Positions 52,991 through 64,000 of a DNA stretch of 64,000 bases are shown here, in pieces. Every line of letters starts with the position of its first letter. Position 1 is the stretch's first letter. The DNA comes from Vicugna vicugna (lineage: Eukaryota), in contig MU058059.1 of the NCBI GenBank assembly GCA_013265495.1, positions 868,001 through 932,000 of the forward strand, in the 5' to 3' direction. The notes beneath the pieces are model-generated. The model saw only the letters and a program-made list of their open reading frames with translations. It was not told where the DNA came from and did no database searches. The position numbers and the translations under genes were made by a program.

Positions 52991-53147
52991 GGATGGAGCG
53001 TCACAGAAGTCAGATTCAGAGAATGGAGATAATTCTCTCCATCCGTGAATGGATTTTTAAGGCTCATCCAAGACCTGAATAGCAAAAGTAAAGCTGGACA
53101 AGAAAGTAGACAAATGCATAATGAGAACTGATTCTAGTTATTCATGG

Positions 53148-53390
53148 CAGTTGTCGTCTATCAAGTCGCCGTGGGCACTGAATCAGTGAATACTGAACCA
53201 CAGCTCCTATGGGAAAGACAAGGCTAGGTACCTGGGAGCTTCTGGCCATCAAATTTTCAACTGATCAATGCATAACCTTGTTTTATATGTGTCTCTGTTT
53301 AAAGGTCCCTTATTTAATATGTATCATTCATCCATTAACTTCGAACTCACGGCCAGCGGTACTGTAACTTATTCTTGAACAAAGCCATCC
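53148..53390. mobile_element. MER82-like Tigger DNA transposon fragment
   Basis: gaatactgaacc...gatcaatgcataaccttgttttat...gaactcacggccagcggtactgtaac. Confidence 0.65.
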
Positions 53391-54776
53391 TCAGAGCCAG
53401 AACATTCTTCCTTATTTCCAACCTCAGTGGAGACAGGGTTAGCCAAACTTGACCAATTATAATAAAATGGATGTGACCATAACTAATAACTAATAACTCT
53501 TAACTAATGCAGGAACAACAATATTTAAATCGATCTGGAAAAATCTGAAATTTTTGCGTCCTGAATCTCAAGCAATCTGAATGAAACTGGTGTTTAATGG
53601 TACAGGAAGACTCCGGGCACAGGACTTTTCATTTTATTCTACATAAAAAGGCCCTTTGCAAAGTAATTCAAATGGAGATATACCTTGTCGTTTTAAACTG
53701 GGATGGGAACTGCCATGAACATAGTGATTGTGGTCACTGCTTTCAACGGAAGTTGAGGAAGTGATCAAGATAAGCGTAAGTGTATTCTTTTTGCTGCCAA
53801 GACCTAAGCATTGCATACAGATGACTGTCTCAAAGATTCTTCTCTCATAAAGGCCTAAGTTTTAATTTTCTTCTGTTCTGTCTCGGCTTCCTGGACAAAT
53901 ACCTCACAATAAGGGAATCTTGGTAAGAAAGAAGTTAATCAATAGGATGCTAGAAAGATGCAGTTATAAGCAAAATACTTCTTTTGAAAGGCAGCTAAAG
54001 CAAGGTGCTGTGTAACAGGCGGCAGTCAGGTGAGCGCTGCTGCTCACGGGAACCCTCTCGCTCCGGCTGGATATTTAGAGAGTGTTCCTACACGGAAGAC
54101 TCTTACTCAGAAAGGCATCCTGGCACCTACATTCTCTACTAAAAATCAGATAAAATTATAAATTATAATTCATAATACGTATGATTATAAATTATAACAT
54201 ATATATACACATATATAAAAATCAGTTAAAATAATCAGTTATATATGTGTGTATGTGTGTATATATATATATATATATCAGTTATAAATAAAAATCAAAA
54301 CACTGATTACACCAGTAAAAGCATGGTTATAGTATCTCCAGAGTAAAACATGTCCTGAAACGTTATCAACTTCAGAACAGCGTTTAGTTAAACATGAGAC
54401 CATTCAATAGGCCTCATCTTGCAACTGATGAAAAACATTCATGAATTTTCAGGGCATTTCTTAAAGCAGAAGTATACCCAGAAACCGTGTCTGTTCTTTA
54501 AGACGGTACATCAACGTCTCCCAGCTGTGAAACCCACGTTTACGGTCAGAAGCAGCAGGTGTGCACCAGAGTCTCCCTGTTCACTCCAAGGCACCATCAG
54601 ATGTGACTCACTCACTCCTCAGCCCCCGAATCATTTTACCAGTTACACCCAGACTAGCAGAGAGATCTCTCTGCTCAGAAGCTGACCAGGTCCCCTCCCC
54701 ACCCTGGCTGCAGGGCCCGGAGAGGAGCCAGGCCGGCGCACAGAAGCCCAGGGCAGCCCAAAGCCCAGGTACCGAC

Positions 54777-54968
54777 CTCTTCAGGGACCAGCGGCTCGAT
54801 CATGGGCGCGTCGTCCTGCCGGGCAGCCAGCCGCACCGGGGACGTGGAAAGCCTCTTTTCCCATTCGTTCGTGATGGCAGTGTCTGTGGAGGTCTCTAAA
54901 AAGGTTCTTTTCAGCTCACTGATGTTGGTCTGGTGTTTCATCAGGTCGTCTTGAGTTTTATCTAGCTC
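54777..54968 (-). CDS. EPB41L3: EPB41L3 192-nt SAB-domain exon (ELDKTQDDLMKHQTNISELKRTF...PLVPEE)
   Basis: gatgtag|GAG ... GAG|gtcggt; conserved ISELKRTF and EWEKRLSTSP motifs. Confidence 0.95.
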
Positions 54969-55348
54969 CTACATCCAGAACATAAAGAATCCAACAGTCA
55001 GCCGCTTTTACACTGGTTTTCCTTTCTCTGCTCTCGCTCTTTTCAAAAAATAACGCCGTTATCTCATTAGTAGTCAAACTCCACGAATTCTGATCAGGGC
55101 TCACGACACTACCACAGACACACTGGTGAAAATGTGTGACTCCCAAGGAAATGAGAGGAAGACAAAATTCAGTTCACGCAAGCACAAAATCAAACGTTTC
55201 CAAGGTCCGCTGTCACGAGTGTCATTCGCATGTAACCAGAGAATTAAAATAAACAACACGCAGGGCAGGGGGTCTACATCTAGGAGAGGGAGGGGTCGGC
55301 GGCGGCCGAAGGGCAGCCCCGCTTAGTCACAGGTGAGAACACACAGGT

Positions 55349-55411
55349 CATGCATCAGGGCACGGGCACACAGGTCAGCCACTAAAAGAAACCGACACAC
55401 ACGGACATGCA
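55349..55411 (-). promoter_or_regulatory. Pair of RBFOX-binding UGCAUG intronic elements downstream of the 66-nt SAB exon
   Basis: Plus-strand catgca at 55406-55411 and 55349-55354. Confidence 0.65.
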
Positions 55412-55432
55412 CTGGTCTACACCGATACCAAC

Positions 55433-55498
55433 CTCTAACATAAGATTACTATGTTTGACATACACATTTTCACCCTTTATTCGCTTAATCAGACTATT
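55433..55498 (-). CDS. EPB41L3: EPB41L3 66-nt alternative spectrin-actin-binding exon (NSLIKRIKGENVYVKHSNLMLE), paralogous to 4.1R exon 16
   Basis: ttttttcag|AAT ... GAG|gttggt; GENxYxxHSNLMLE motif of the 4.1 SAB domain. Confidence 0.9.
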
Positions 55499-55691
55499 CT
55501 GAAAAAAGTGGAGAAGAAAGGAAACGTAAGGGACATGATAGTCACAGGAACAAGTGTCACGTGCTCTCCTCCCCGCGGCACCGACAGCAGGTAGCCGCCG
55601 CGGAGCATGCTGGAGGGGCCCCACACCGGAGACGGACAACGACTCCATCACACGCTGCTTTTGGCTTTCGTTTGATTTTTAAGTTTTCTAC

Positions 55692-55727
55692 CTGTGCCTT
55701 GATCTCTGCATCTTCCTCCTGGTCCGA
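55692..55727 (-). CDS. EPB41L3: EPB41L3 36-nt exon (SDQEEDAEIKAQ)
   Basis: ggcag|TCG ... CAG|gtagaa; matches 4.1B SDQEEDAELKAQ. Confidence 0.9.
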
Positions 55728-57584
55728 CTGCCAGCATCAAGAAAGAGTGGGAGATAAAGTCTTACCATGCAAGTGACTCCAAGACGGAAGCAGCATGGTC
55801 TACGTGAGCTCGCTAAAGGAGGGTGTTACGTTGCTCCTACGTGAGGTGCTGTTTCTTTCTTACGTGCAAACCATGACATTCTCACACACAAGTCATGAAG
55901 CTTCACAAGAAGATGGGAGTGAGAGAGTCCTTGCTCAGTGGGTCTCTGATGCTTTAACCTGAGACTTCCAAGCGTGACAAGTGCACACTCGTACTGGGGA
56001 GGCCACAGCCAGGGCGCTGCCCTTAATGGGCATCAGCAATGGTTCAGGGAGTGTGGGGAGCCACGTCGAAATGCAGAAGCACAGTTATCCTCTGAGGTTA
56101 GCTATTCCTACCCCGAATGTGCAGACCAGAGAACCGAGGCTCAAAGAGCTTACCACAGAGGTTCCCACATTAAACATTTCTTAGAACCTTGAATTTCTTG
56201 AACCCACATACTTAGGAACAAATTTGGGAGGGGAAAGTGCTGATATGGGGTAAGTAAGGAAATTTTAAAAATTAACAACCATCAAATACAAAAATCAACT
56301 ACAAGAGGGGGTCCAGGGTGAAATTATGGGTGAGAAGCAGGGGGTGCCTGAGCAGGTGGACTTCAGCAAAGTCGGTGAGTCTGTCTGGGTCTCAGCAGGG
56401 GCCGGACTGTATAACCTGCACACCCCACCATGCACTACCGTTCACTGGCTCCCGAGAGGAGGGACGTATTTAAAAAGCATTAGAGGGCACACAGGGAAGT
56501 CTTAACAGCTCTGGTGGCACAGTGATTCTTAAGTTGTGGTGGATTCATAGCTCTTCATTTTTATTTTTAAGCCTTATAATCAACCTATGTTACATGTCCT
56601 CAGGCGCATGCCTCAAATGGTGTAGAACAAATGTTAAGACTGCTATAGGAATTTTAAGTATTGTTATTATAATATTTTTCATTTATAGCACACATCAGGA
56701 TTACAGGGAAATTTATGGAATGTATCAGTGGCTACACATAAATAATTCTTACAAAATTAAGATGCGATTTTGTTATATTTGCCATAGTGAATTACCCTGT
56801 AATCAATTTATAAGTGACTGCTTAAAAGAGTCTGGATAACAGTTTCACAGTACTGTCTTCAACTTAAAAAATGATTTCCAAGCTTTGAATTGAACTTCGG
56901 CATTTCCGAAGGAAGAAATGCAACTAAACTCCATTTTGAAATGTTTTTCTGAAGATATTTTCAATTAAGTGATGTATAGGTAATACTTTTACCATTTTTA
57001 GTTCTTCCTAAATACTCAGCTAGAAAATATTGTTTTGATTTGATGATGCAAAAAACAACCTAATGTAAAAAAACACTATTAAAAAGTAAACCATAAATTC
57101 TGTTAGCACTCTGAGAAATGAACATCTTGACTTCTGTTAGTATCTGTAAATATTATTTTTACAGAAATTTAAATTTAGTTATTGGTAGAGAAGACTTGAA
57201 AAAATTTAGTTATTGGTAGAGAAGCCACAGGCAAATTTAACGGACCCTTAAGAATTAATAAAGGACAAATAATAGCATAGTATCTCTCCCACCATAGTTC
57301 GATGTGACGTTTTTTCCAAGAAAGAGATAATAATAATTTGCTCATTTTCTCTTGCTTAGAGAATTCATTTCTTTTGAGTGCCTACATCCAGCACACCAAA
57401 ATGAGTTAAATGTAACTTCAACTAGTATTTTGGCCCTTTGGGATTTAAAAATGCATCTGTGGATTCTAGTCAATATGCTAATTTAATTAATTGTGACCCT
57501 CCCTCCCACTCATTATGAGTCTCGCCCATAAACAGCCTCTCATTTTGGGTAAAATACATTTTAAAAAAAGTATTATCAGGTTAG

Positions 57585-57755
57585 CCAGTGGTTCTCAAAC
57601 TGTGACTGTGAAGTGGACAGAGTCACCATCACCTGGGAACTTGTTAGGAACACAAATTCTTGAGTCCTCCCCGGACCTCCCCTGAATGAGGAACAGGAGG
57701 GTGGGTGCCTGCCTCCAGGTGACTCTGCCACGGGCCAGAGTTTGAGAACCACTGG
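57585..57755. mobile_element. MER5A-like MITE with intact terminal inverted repeats
   Basis: ccagtggttctcaaact (57585-57601) and agtttgagaaccactgg (57739-57755) form a perfect 17-bp inverted repeat. Confidence 0.88.
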
Positions 57756-57909
57756 TCCAGGCAAGAGGAGATCTTTAACTCCTACGGCTAAAGTTAGACT
57801 CGACCTCCACTCTACAAGCTAAGATGCAAAGTCCGTCCTCAAACGCAGAGCCACCCCAGAGAGCATGTCCGTTAGGCAACCGGCCGGCGCCCTCAGTTCC
57901 GATACCAAC

Positions 57910-57963
57910 CTCAGTGGCGGTGGTTTCCCCATCAGCCGCGGTGTCTGTGCGCTCACTGTCGGT
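57910..57963 (-). CDS. EPB41L3: EPB41L3 54-nt exon (TDSERTDTAADGETTATE)
   Basis: gtcctag|ACC ... GAG|gttggt; the peptide matches 4.1B. Confidence 0.93.
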
Positions 57964-59659
57964 CTAGGACCACCGAAGTGATCAGGTTCCAGGAGGAAGG
58001 CAGGGATAGAAAACAAACCATCTGGTCAAACGGGGCATGCCTGGGTCTGACTTCATTCTTTTTTTCTGTGATCTGTTATCAGACTACCTTCCCACAAGAA
58101 TGCAGGTTCAAACAAAAGCAAAAGAAAGGCCAGAGCTAGGTTCCATCAGCAGAGCCACTCAGGGGGAGACCAGAGGCACACAGCCTGCAGAAACCACAGA
58201 AGTGTGGCAGCCAAGCTGACATGTCTGGTGCCATGTCATTCCTTCCCCTCTTCTACTCAAACCCCGAGAAAGAGCTCCTAAAAACGTTTAATGCAAATAA
58301 AATGGATGTTTATAGATCTTTGCTTTTTTTAAATCTAGGAATATGTCACATTTAAAAGGCAAATTAAGAAGTAAATTTAAATAAAAAGCTACTATAACAG
58401 TTGCGGACTTTCAGCCCCTCATTTACAACATTTCAATAATTTACATCCATCCTAGGACCACCAGGCTGTCTGCATTACCTCTGAATTACAAAAAGCACCT
58501 GCCAGTGACTCACAGGCATCTTTTATGCGTATCAGACACGTAACTCAAGTTTCAGGTAGTGTGGCTAACTAGATATTTTTAAGACTATCTGTTTAGTTTG
58601 TCCCACCCTCCAATATAAAGGAGGTACACAGAAGTATATAATTCAATGTCGTTCCAAAAAAAAAAACACATTCAAATGAAGCAAATAATAATAATAAAGT
58701 AATAAAAAATCAGGAGAGAGAGAGGGAGAAAGACATCTACTTGGAGACAAATAAAACAAAGCACAGCATTTGACAGAGCCCAGCTTTTCCAGGGAGAATC
58801 ACAATAATTGTTTTTAATCTGGTTTATAGAGGTTTATGATTTAAAAGAAAAGCTTTTTTTTTTTTTCCTGGAGGTGAGCAGAACAATAGCCATTGAAATT
58901 GGGGATCTCTAAATGCTAAATATAATATTAACCGACTCTCCCTCCACAAATATCAACTAGTCATGACTGAAATTCCCTTGAGCCAAGCAAGATATGCGAC
59001 TGATAACGTGAGAACAAAAATCGCACGTGGAGGCTGCACGGTTGTGAGTAATCTCTGATCCCAAAGAACACAGACTCTTAAGTGGGAGGGTTGGGATGGT
59101 GTCATGTCCACCTACATCTGGAGAGGCTGATTGAATTCTTGGCAGTTTTTCTCCCAAACTTTCACTTTCTATTTTCCTAAAAGAAAAGAAGCTGGAATTC
59201 ACACTTGGCACGTGCACCTCAGGTCACCATCCTGACAACCAGGCAGAAGTCACCTGCCTACGCGGGAAGTCACTTTCAGTAGGTGGTAAAGGGCTGGCTG
59301 ACAGCTTCACGACCGGACCCACGTGGCGATCCCTGGGGAGTGGCTAGTTATCTTCTCATTAGGGTGATCGCTGCTGCGGCATTAGCAAGGCTTCCCCAAC
59401 CGACAGTCTAGGGGAAGGCCAGTTTGAATTAGGAAGAGGGACAGGTTCCAGTTCGAGGGTACAGAATGACTCGAGGAAACCTGAGGCTTTCAAGAGCAGC
59501 TAAGAATGACTTGTGCTCAGCGTGCTAACTGTTTGTGCCAAGGACGTCAAAAGTTCTTGTGAAAGTCTTTCTCTTCCTATTTAGATTCTATCCCTCGTGG
59601 CTTTAGAATTCCTTTCAGTCATTTTCCAAGCATCTTGGGACCAGAATTACGGCCACGGT

Positions 59660-59880
59660 TCAGAGCGAGGGGTCTGCTGTCAGACTGACGTGAGCACAAC
59701 TCCTTGCTGTTTAACTCTGAGGCCGGCTGGGCAGGCTTCGTATTTTAATTCCGATTTCCTTCTTATAAAGTGGGGAAAATGACAGCCCTGTGTCAGGTGA
59801 TGGACACTAACCGCTTCACCCAGGACCTCACACACGTGACTACAAGGATCGGAAATACTGTTATCAACACAGCATTTCAT
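59660..59880 (+). mobile_element. MIR SINE
   Basis: gtcagactg...ctgggcagg...tttccttcttataaagtgggg. Confidence 0.5.
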
Positions 59881-62824
59881 AATGATAATACTTTCCCCCT
59901 ACTACACACAAATAGCCTGGGCTGTGTCTAAACTCCCTCAAATTCCTACTTAGCACCTGGTCAGTCAGTCACTCAACAAACATAGTGCCTGGTCAATAAA
60001 TAGTTAATAAATGAAGTAATAAAGGCTGAATAAAGACTGTTACTTATATCCTATGATTAAAAACTGAAAAATAGATGGCAAGCCGTGAACTACCCTGTAG
60101 TAAGCAATTTAATACGTCAAATCATGTGATCGATCTTTCCCTCCAGATTTAGTCCATCTCCCTTTTTTGGGTATTGTCCAAAAATTCCTCGCAAAATGAC
60201 ACATGACTACATTTCACGGTGTGGTGAGCTAAACTCAGCTCCCGTCTCCTGGCAGATGAAGATGATTCAGCATGCTGCCTCTTCTCACTTGGCCATGCGG
60301 GCAGCACAGGAGGGGGAACGGCCGCCAGCTTTGTAGCCGGAAATGATGACCCCGCTCTACGCTGGGCCTCCCTCTGCAGGAGGGCTGGAGCTAATTAAGC
60401 CACCACCACACGTGAAAAATGTAAGCAGGGACGATAAAATATTTAGAAAGAACTAGAGTCATTGGCGATTTTGCAAAATGAAAGTGACAGAGCTGAGCTG
60501 TGTGTTAGAAGTCACCCAGCTGAGCTGCCACAGGGCTTGAGGCCCAGGGTCTGCAAAAGGCCATGTCAACAAATGGCGATTTCTCTCTCTCTTTTTTTTT
60601 AACGGAATGACCTACATATGCGTTCTCCAGCTCAGTGTGAACCAGAGCGCGCAGCTCTTAACACTTGGGGTTGAGACGACACTGAACAGATGGCCAAATA
60701 CAAAGTCGCATGTCAGGTCACGGGTGACCAGGCTGGAGAGGAGGGCTCGGGGGCTGCACGGCCAGAGCCCCGCCATGGTTTCAGAGGTTTGCAAAGTCCA
60801 GGGGGCCTAACATAGGGGAAGCTCTGATCATGCGGTCACTCGCTTGCAAGGAGTAACTGCTGTGATTTGTTTTGCTGATGTAATGCAGACATGCCCGAGT
60901 TTCACATTAATTTTCATGCACTGATTACAACGAGATGTACACCCTGGATTAGGCACAAGATCTGTGTGGTTGGCTACATAAAAGTTCAGTTATTTAAAAT
61001 TCAGAAAAAAATGAAAGTGGCAATCTTTTTGCCTTATGTTAGCTTGATGACTAATCCCATTGCTAAAGGAAAAATAGATGTCTGGGTTGGAAACCAGTTA
61101 ATATTACGAAGTCTTTGCAGATAAACATTGTGTTCTGAACGGTGGGAGGGTCTAGCTCTACATTATTTGATCATGTTGCCACTATGAGAAGTAGAGATAG
61201 TCAAGCCTAGGATTTAGAGTTGTTTTATCTTAAAATATTTTCCACATATGAAAATGGTTACATAAAGGTAGATTTGGAGCTAAGTCATATACAATCCAAG
61301 AGCCTTGGAAAGGGCTCTTAGGCGAAATCAGACTGAAAAGCTTAAACTTTTCTTTACAACATCTGTGAGACCATTCCCATTTTTTTTTCCTTTTTGCTTC
61401 AAAGAAATGGTCATAACACCACTAAATATAGATACATACGCACCCCCGCGGTGCTGCATGCTCGCAGGTGCAGCTCGAATTAGTATTTGAGCCCAGAGCT
61501 GAATAGACTTTCTTTCCTTTTTTAGTGTTGCTTTGACTGTGTGGTTTTCTTTTTCAACGCGAGGTATAGTGGGTTTGTCTCCTGCCACAAAAAACCCCTT
61601 GTTCTGTGGGAAAAGAATTGCTGGAGGGGCCGGGGCAGGTGGAGGCAGGAGGGTAGGTGTCAGCCAGGCGCCTCTGGTGGCCGCTTCTGTTCTTTTCTGT
61701 GCGCTCTGTTTGAAGGCTGCACAAAGGACACTGCTGGGCTGTTCAGCCCGCAGTGGAGCGGTGGGAACAGGGAACAATTAAGAGGAAAAACTATCGGCTA
61801 CGTCACCCCACCCAGTGGCTGGGGGGAGGGGACGGGAGACTGACAGGCGGCACGCCCTCACCGACAGAGGCTGGAGGCGCCAGTCCTTTCCCCACCGCAC
61901 ACAAGCTTGGCTGCGAGCCACAGAGGCCCTTCCGACTTTCCCGGCCTCGCCAGGGGGAGGTGTGGACTTAGGGGCTCACGCTGGAGCTGAGAGAACGGCT
62001 GCCCCTCAACGTGTGCACTGACATCACTCTTGCTGATGGAAGTTCAGCCCCTGTGACAGCGCGCAGAAACCCCAAACGAGTCTTCCCTGACTGTTTGGAA
62101 ACTGCCGTTTTCAAATGCTGCTCTTTCTGGTCCTGTTTCTGATCCTGCCAATGGCTGATGTCACTGGGCGTCTGAAACTGCTCAGGCATCCTTCCTGACC
62201 CAACACCCCCATGGGCCCCAGCTCCCCTCCGGGAGTCGCAGTGATGGTCTGGCAATGATGATCAAAGAGCAGTGGGGGCATTTCGGAATCTCCAGGGGGG
62301 AGAGGGAGGCATTTACCCAGATGATATGCTGCACCCCTGACGGCGGTGCGCTCTCCCGCCACACCTGAGCATCCTCTACCCAGTGCGGGTCACCACCGGG
62401 TATCACTCTATCAGGATGCGTTTCGGTAACTCGCCATGGACCTAGTTGAAAGTTATGTATCTATCTTCTATGTGATTTCCTTTATCGAGCGGAACCTGAA
62501 CAGCGCCTTCAACTTAGCCCTGACTCTTTACACAGCCCCCGGGTTATTCATTTACAGCAGACCTGGGCTGAGTCCTCCAGCACCCGTGGGACTCGGTGGG
62601 TAGCGGCGGGATTCCGGGCTGGGCTCCGACTGCTCCGGCCACATGGTGTTGTGCCTAACCCTGGGCCGGGCGGTGTTCCCCCCACACACAACCTCGTCAC
62701 GCATCGGCACAGACAATAAATGAGGCTCTGAAAGTAGGACCACTATTGCAGCAGCCGTCTAACACTGCTTCGGACCGCAGCCCCGAACATGACAGGGACG
62801 TGTGTTCTATGCCGAGGTACACAC

Positions 62825-63388
62825 CTCTTCCTCTGAACTGTCACTCGGGTCATTGTCTAGTGAGGCACTCAAGGAGGCCGCCTTGGGCTCCAGGTAGCAG
62901 AGGCACAGAGCCAGAGGGAAGGAGAGAGTGAGGGCATATGGCACTGAGAAGGAGGCGGAGAGCAGGAAGAAGAAGATGAAGAGGAAGCAGGGCACGAGGG
63001 AGGGCGAGCGGATGGGGAGGAAGTGCTGCCAGCTCTGGGGCAGGAGGCTGGTCTCGGACAGGCTGGGGAAAGAGAGGTAGCCGTCGTCATCCAGCAGAGA
63101 AGGGAAGGACTCGGGGAGCTGCAAGGAGAAGGAGAACAGGGTGGCCCCTTTGCCCGTCTGCTGCTTGTAGCTAAAAGCCACGTCCTGGTCCCCTCGGCAC
63201 GGCTTCCCTCGGCCGTCGGGGTCCGAGGCAGGCTCCCCGTGCAGGTGCCCGGGGTCCCGGGACGGCTCCAGCCCCGGTGGGGGGCGCTGGTTCTCCTTAC
63301 ACCTCCGGCGGAGCCCGGGGGGAGATGCTGGGGGATGGTGGGCCGATGGGGGGGGCAGGGGACATGAGTCAGTGCCAAGCCCGGGTGA
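62825..63388 (-). CDS. EPB41L3: EPB41L3 564-nt exon (188 aa, SPGLGTDSCP...DPSDSSEEE), U2 region with hydrophobic segment
   Basis: Acceptor ctctctcatcag|TCA, donor GAG|gtgtgt, phase 0/0; the translation matches recalled human 4.1B sequence. Confidence 0.93.
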
Positions 63389-63686
63389 CTGATGAGAGAG
63401 ACAGAGACAGAAAGCAGCAAACAGAGGTGCAAAAGGACAAAAAGAAAACTGCAATTAGTTAACTTCCTTGTGGGCATCAATACAAAACCGTAAAACGAGA
63501 AATTCAGCACTAGGGTTGTTCAGGGATTTTAAAGTATTCAAGCTGCATGCCAACGCGGCCACGAACGGCCATCGTTTTCCCACTGGACAGTCAAATACAG
63601 GGTGGGCTTAAAAAAAAGTCAGAACAGAAGGTATCTGTGGGTAATCTCAATGTCTACATGTTTCACACGCTTCAGAAATTTTGTTT

Positions 63687-63785
63687 ACAAGGTCCTGGGT
63701 TCAATCTCCAGTGCCTCCGTTAAGGGGAAAAATAAATATAGGTTTAAAAAAAGACTGTTAAAAATAAAAATAAAAATAAAAAAGC
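63687..63785 (+). mobile_element. 5'-truncated tRNA-derived SINE
   Basis: caaggtcctgggttcaatctccagtgcctcc plus an (AAAAAT)n tail. Confidence 0.75.
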
Positions 63786-63967
63786 CCAAAATTTTGCTTA
63801 GACCAATAACTCTAGAAATTTTTAGGGTGTTGAGAGCAAACGTAAAACCAAGACTTTCAATAACTTCTCCTGATCTCCAGCTAACAGATCCGTTACTGGA
63901 GTTCGGCTGGATTCAAAGGAGAATGAATCCAAATTTTGATTATTTTAGACAAAATCTCTAGCATTAC

Positions 63968-64000
63968 CTTTTCCTTGGTTAGTCGGTTATATCTGAAACA
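63968..64000 (-). CDS. Possible 3' part of an upstream phase-0 EPB41L3 exon (...CFRYNRLTKEK), cut by the window edge
   Basis: Open frame ending AAG|gtaatg; no in-frame acceptor visible in the window. Confidence 0.35.

Noticed and set aside
55759..55768. Strong donor-like ATG|gtaaga on the minus strand
   Set aside because: Only ~35 nt from the next acceptor, too short for an intron, and I found no convincing upstream acceptor
57171..57224. 23-bp direct repeat aaatttagttattggtagagaag with an 8-nt spacer
   Set aside because: Real, but consistent with an ordinary local duplication; no sign of function
62869..63510. 213-aa alternative-frame ORF over the 564-nt exon
   Set aside because: Low-complexity Ser/Pro/Arg shadow frame with a non-ATG start; the 4.1B-matching frame is the other one

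Overview
Mammalian genomic DNA, most likely a camelid (alpaca, llama or camel), inferred from repeated tRNA-Ala-derived vic-1-type SINEs. It is not prokaryotic, and most of the supplied ORFs are spurious. Positions ~42,200-64,000 carry the 3' half of EPB41L3 (protein 4.1B/DAL-1) on the minus strand. I mapped 13 coding exons with GT-AG boundaries, all phase 0. They cover the U2 region, the spectrin-actin-binding exons, alternative U3 exons and the 4.1 C-terminal domain, followed by a non-coding last exon with poly(A) signals. Positions 1-~42,000 are repeat-rich intergenic DNA (L1, L2, MIR, SINE, MaLR/ERV LTRs, hAT and Tc1/mariner DNA transposons) with no supportable protein gene. The most interesting leads are: a candidate internal promoter/alternative first exon (49,799-50,059); a candidate poison micro-exon that creates a stop codon at its splice junction (47,467-47,509); a 669-nt in-frame alternative exon; RBFOX motifs and a shared 14-nt donor at small exons; a near-perfect 122-bp triple tandem repeat beside an alternative exon; and a tailless U5 snRNA retropseudogene. 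Repeat family names and orthology come from remembered consensus sequences, not database searches. I cannot establish from sequence alone that any lead is previously undescribed.
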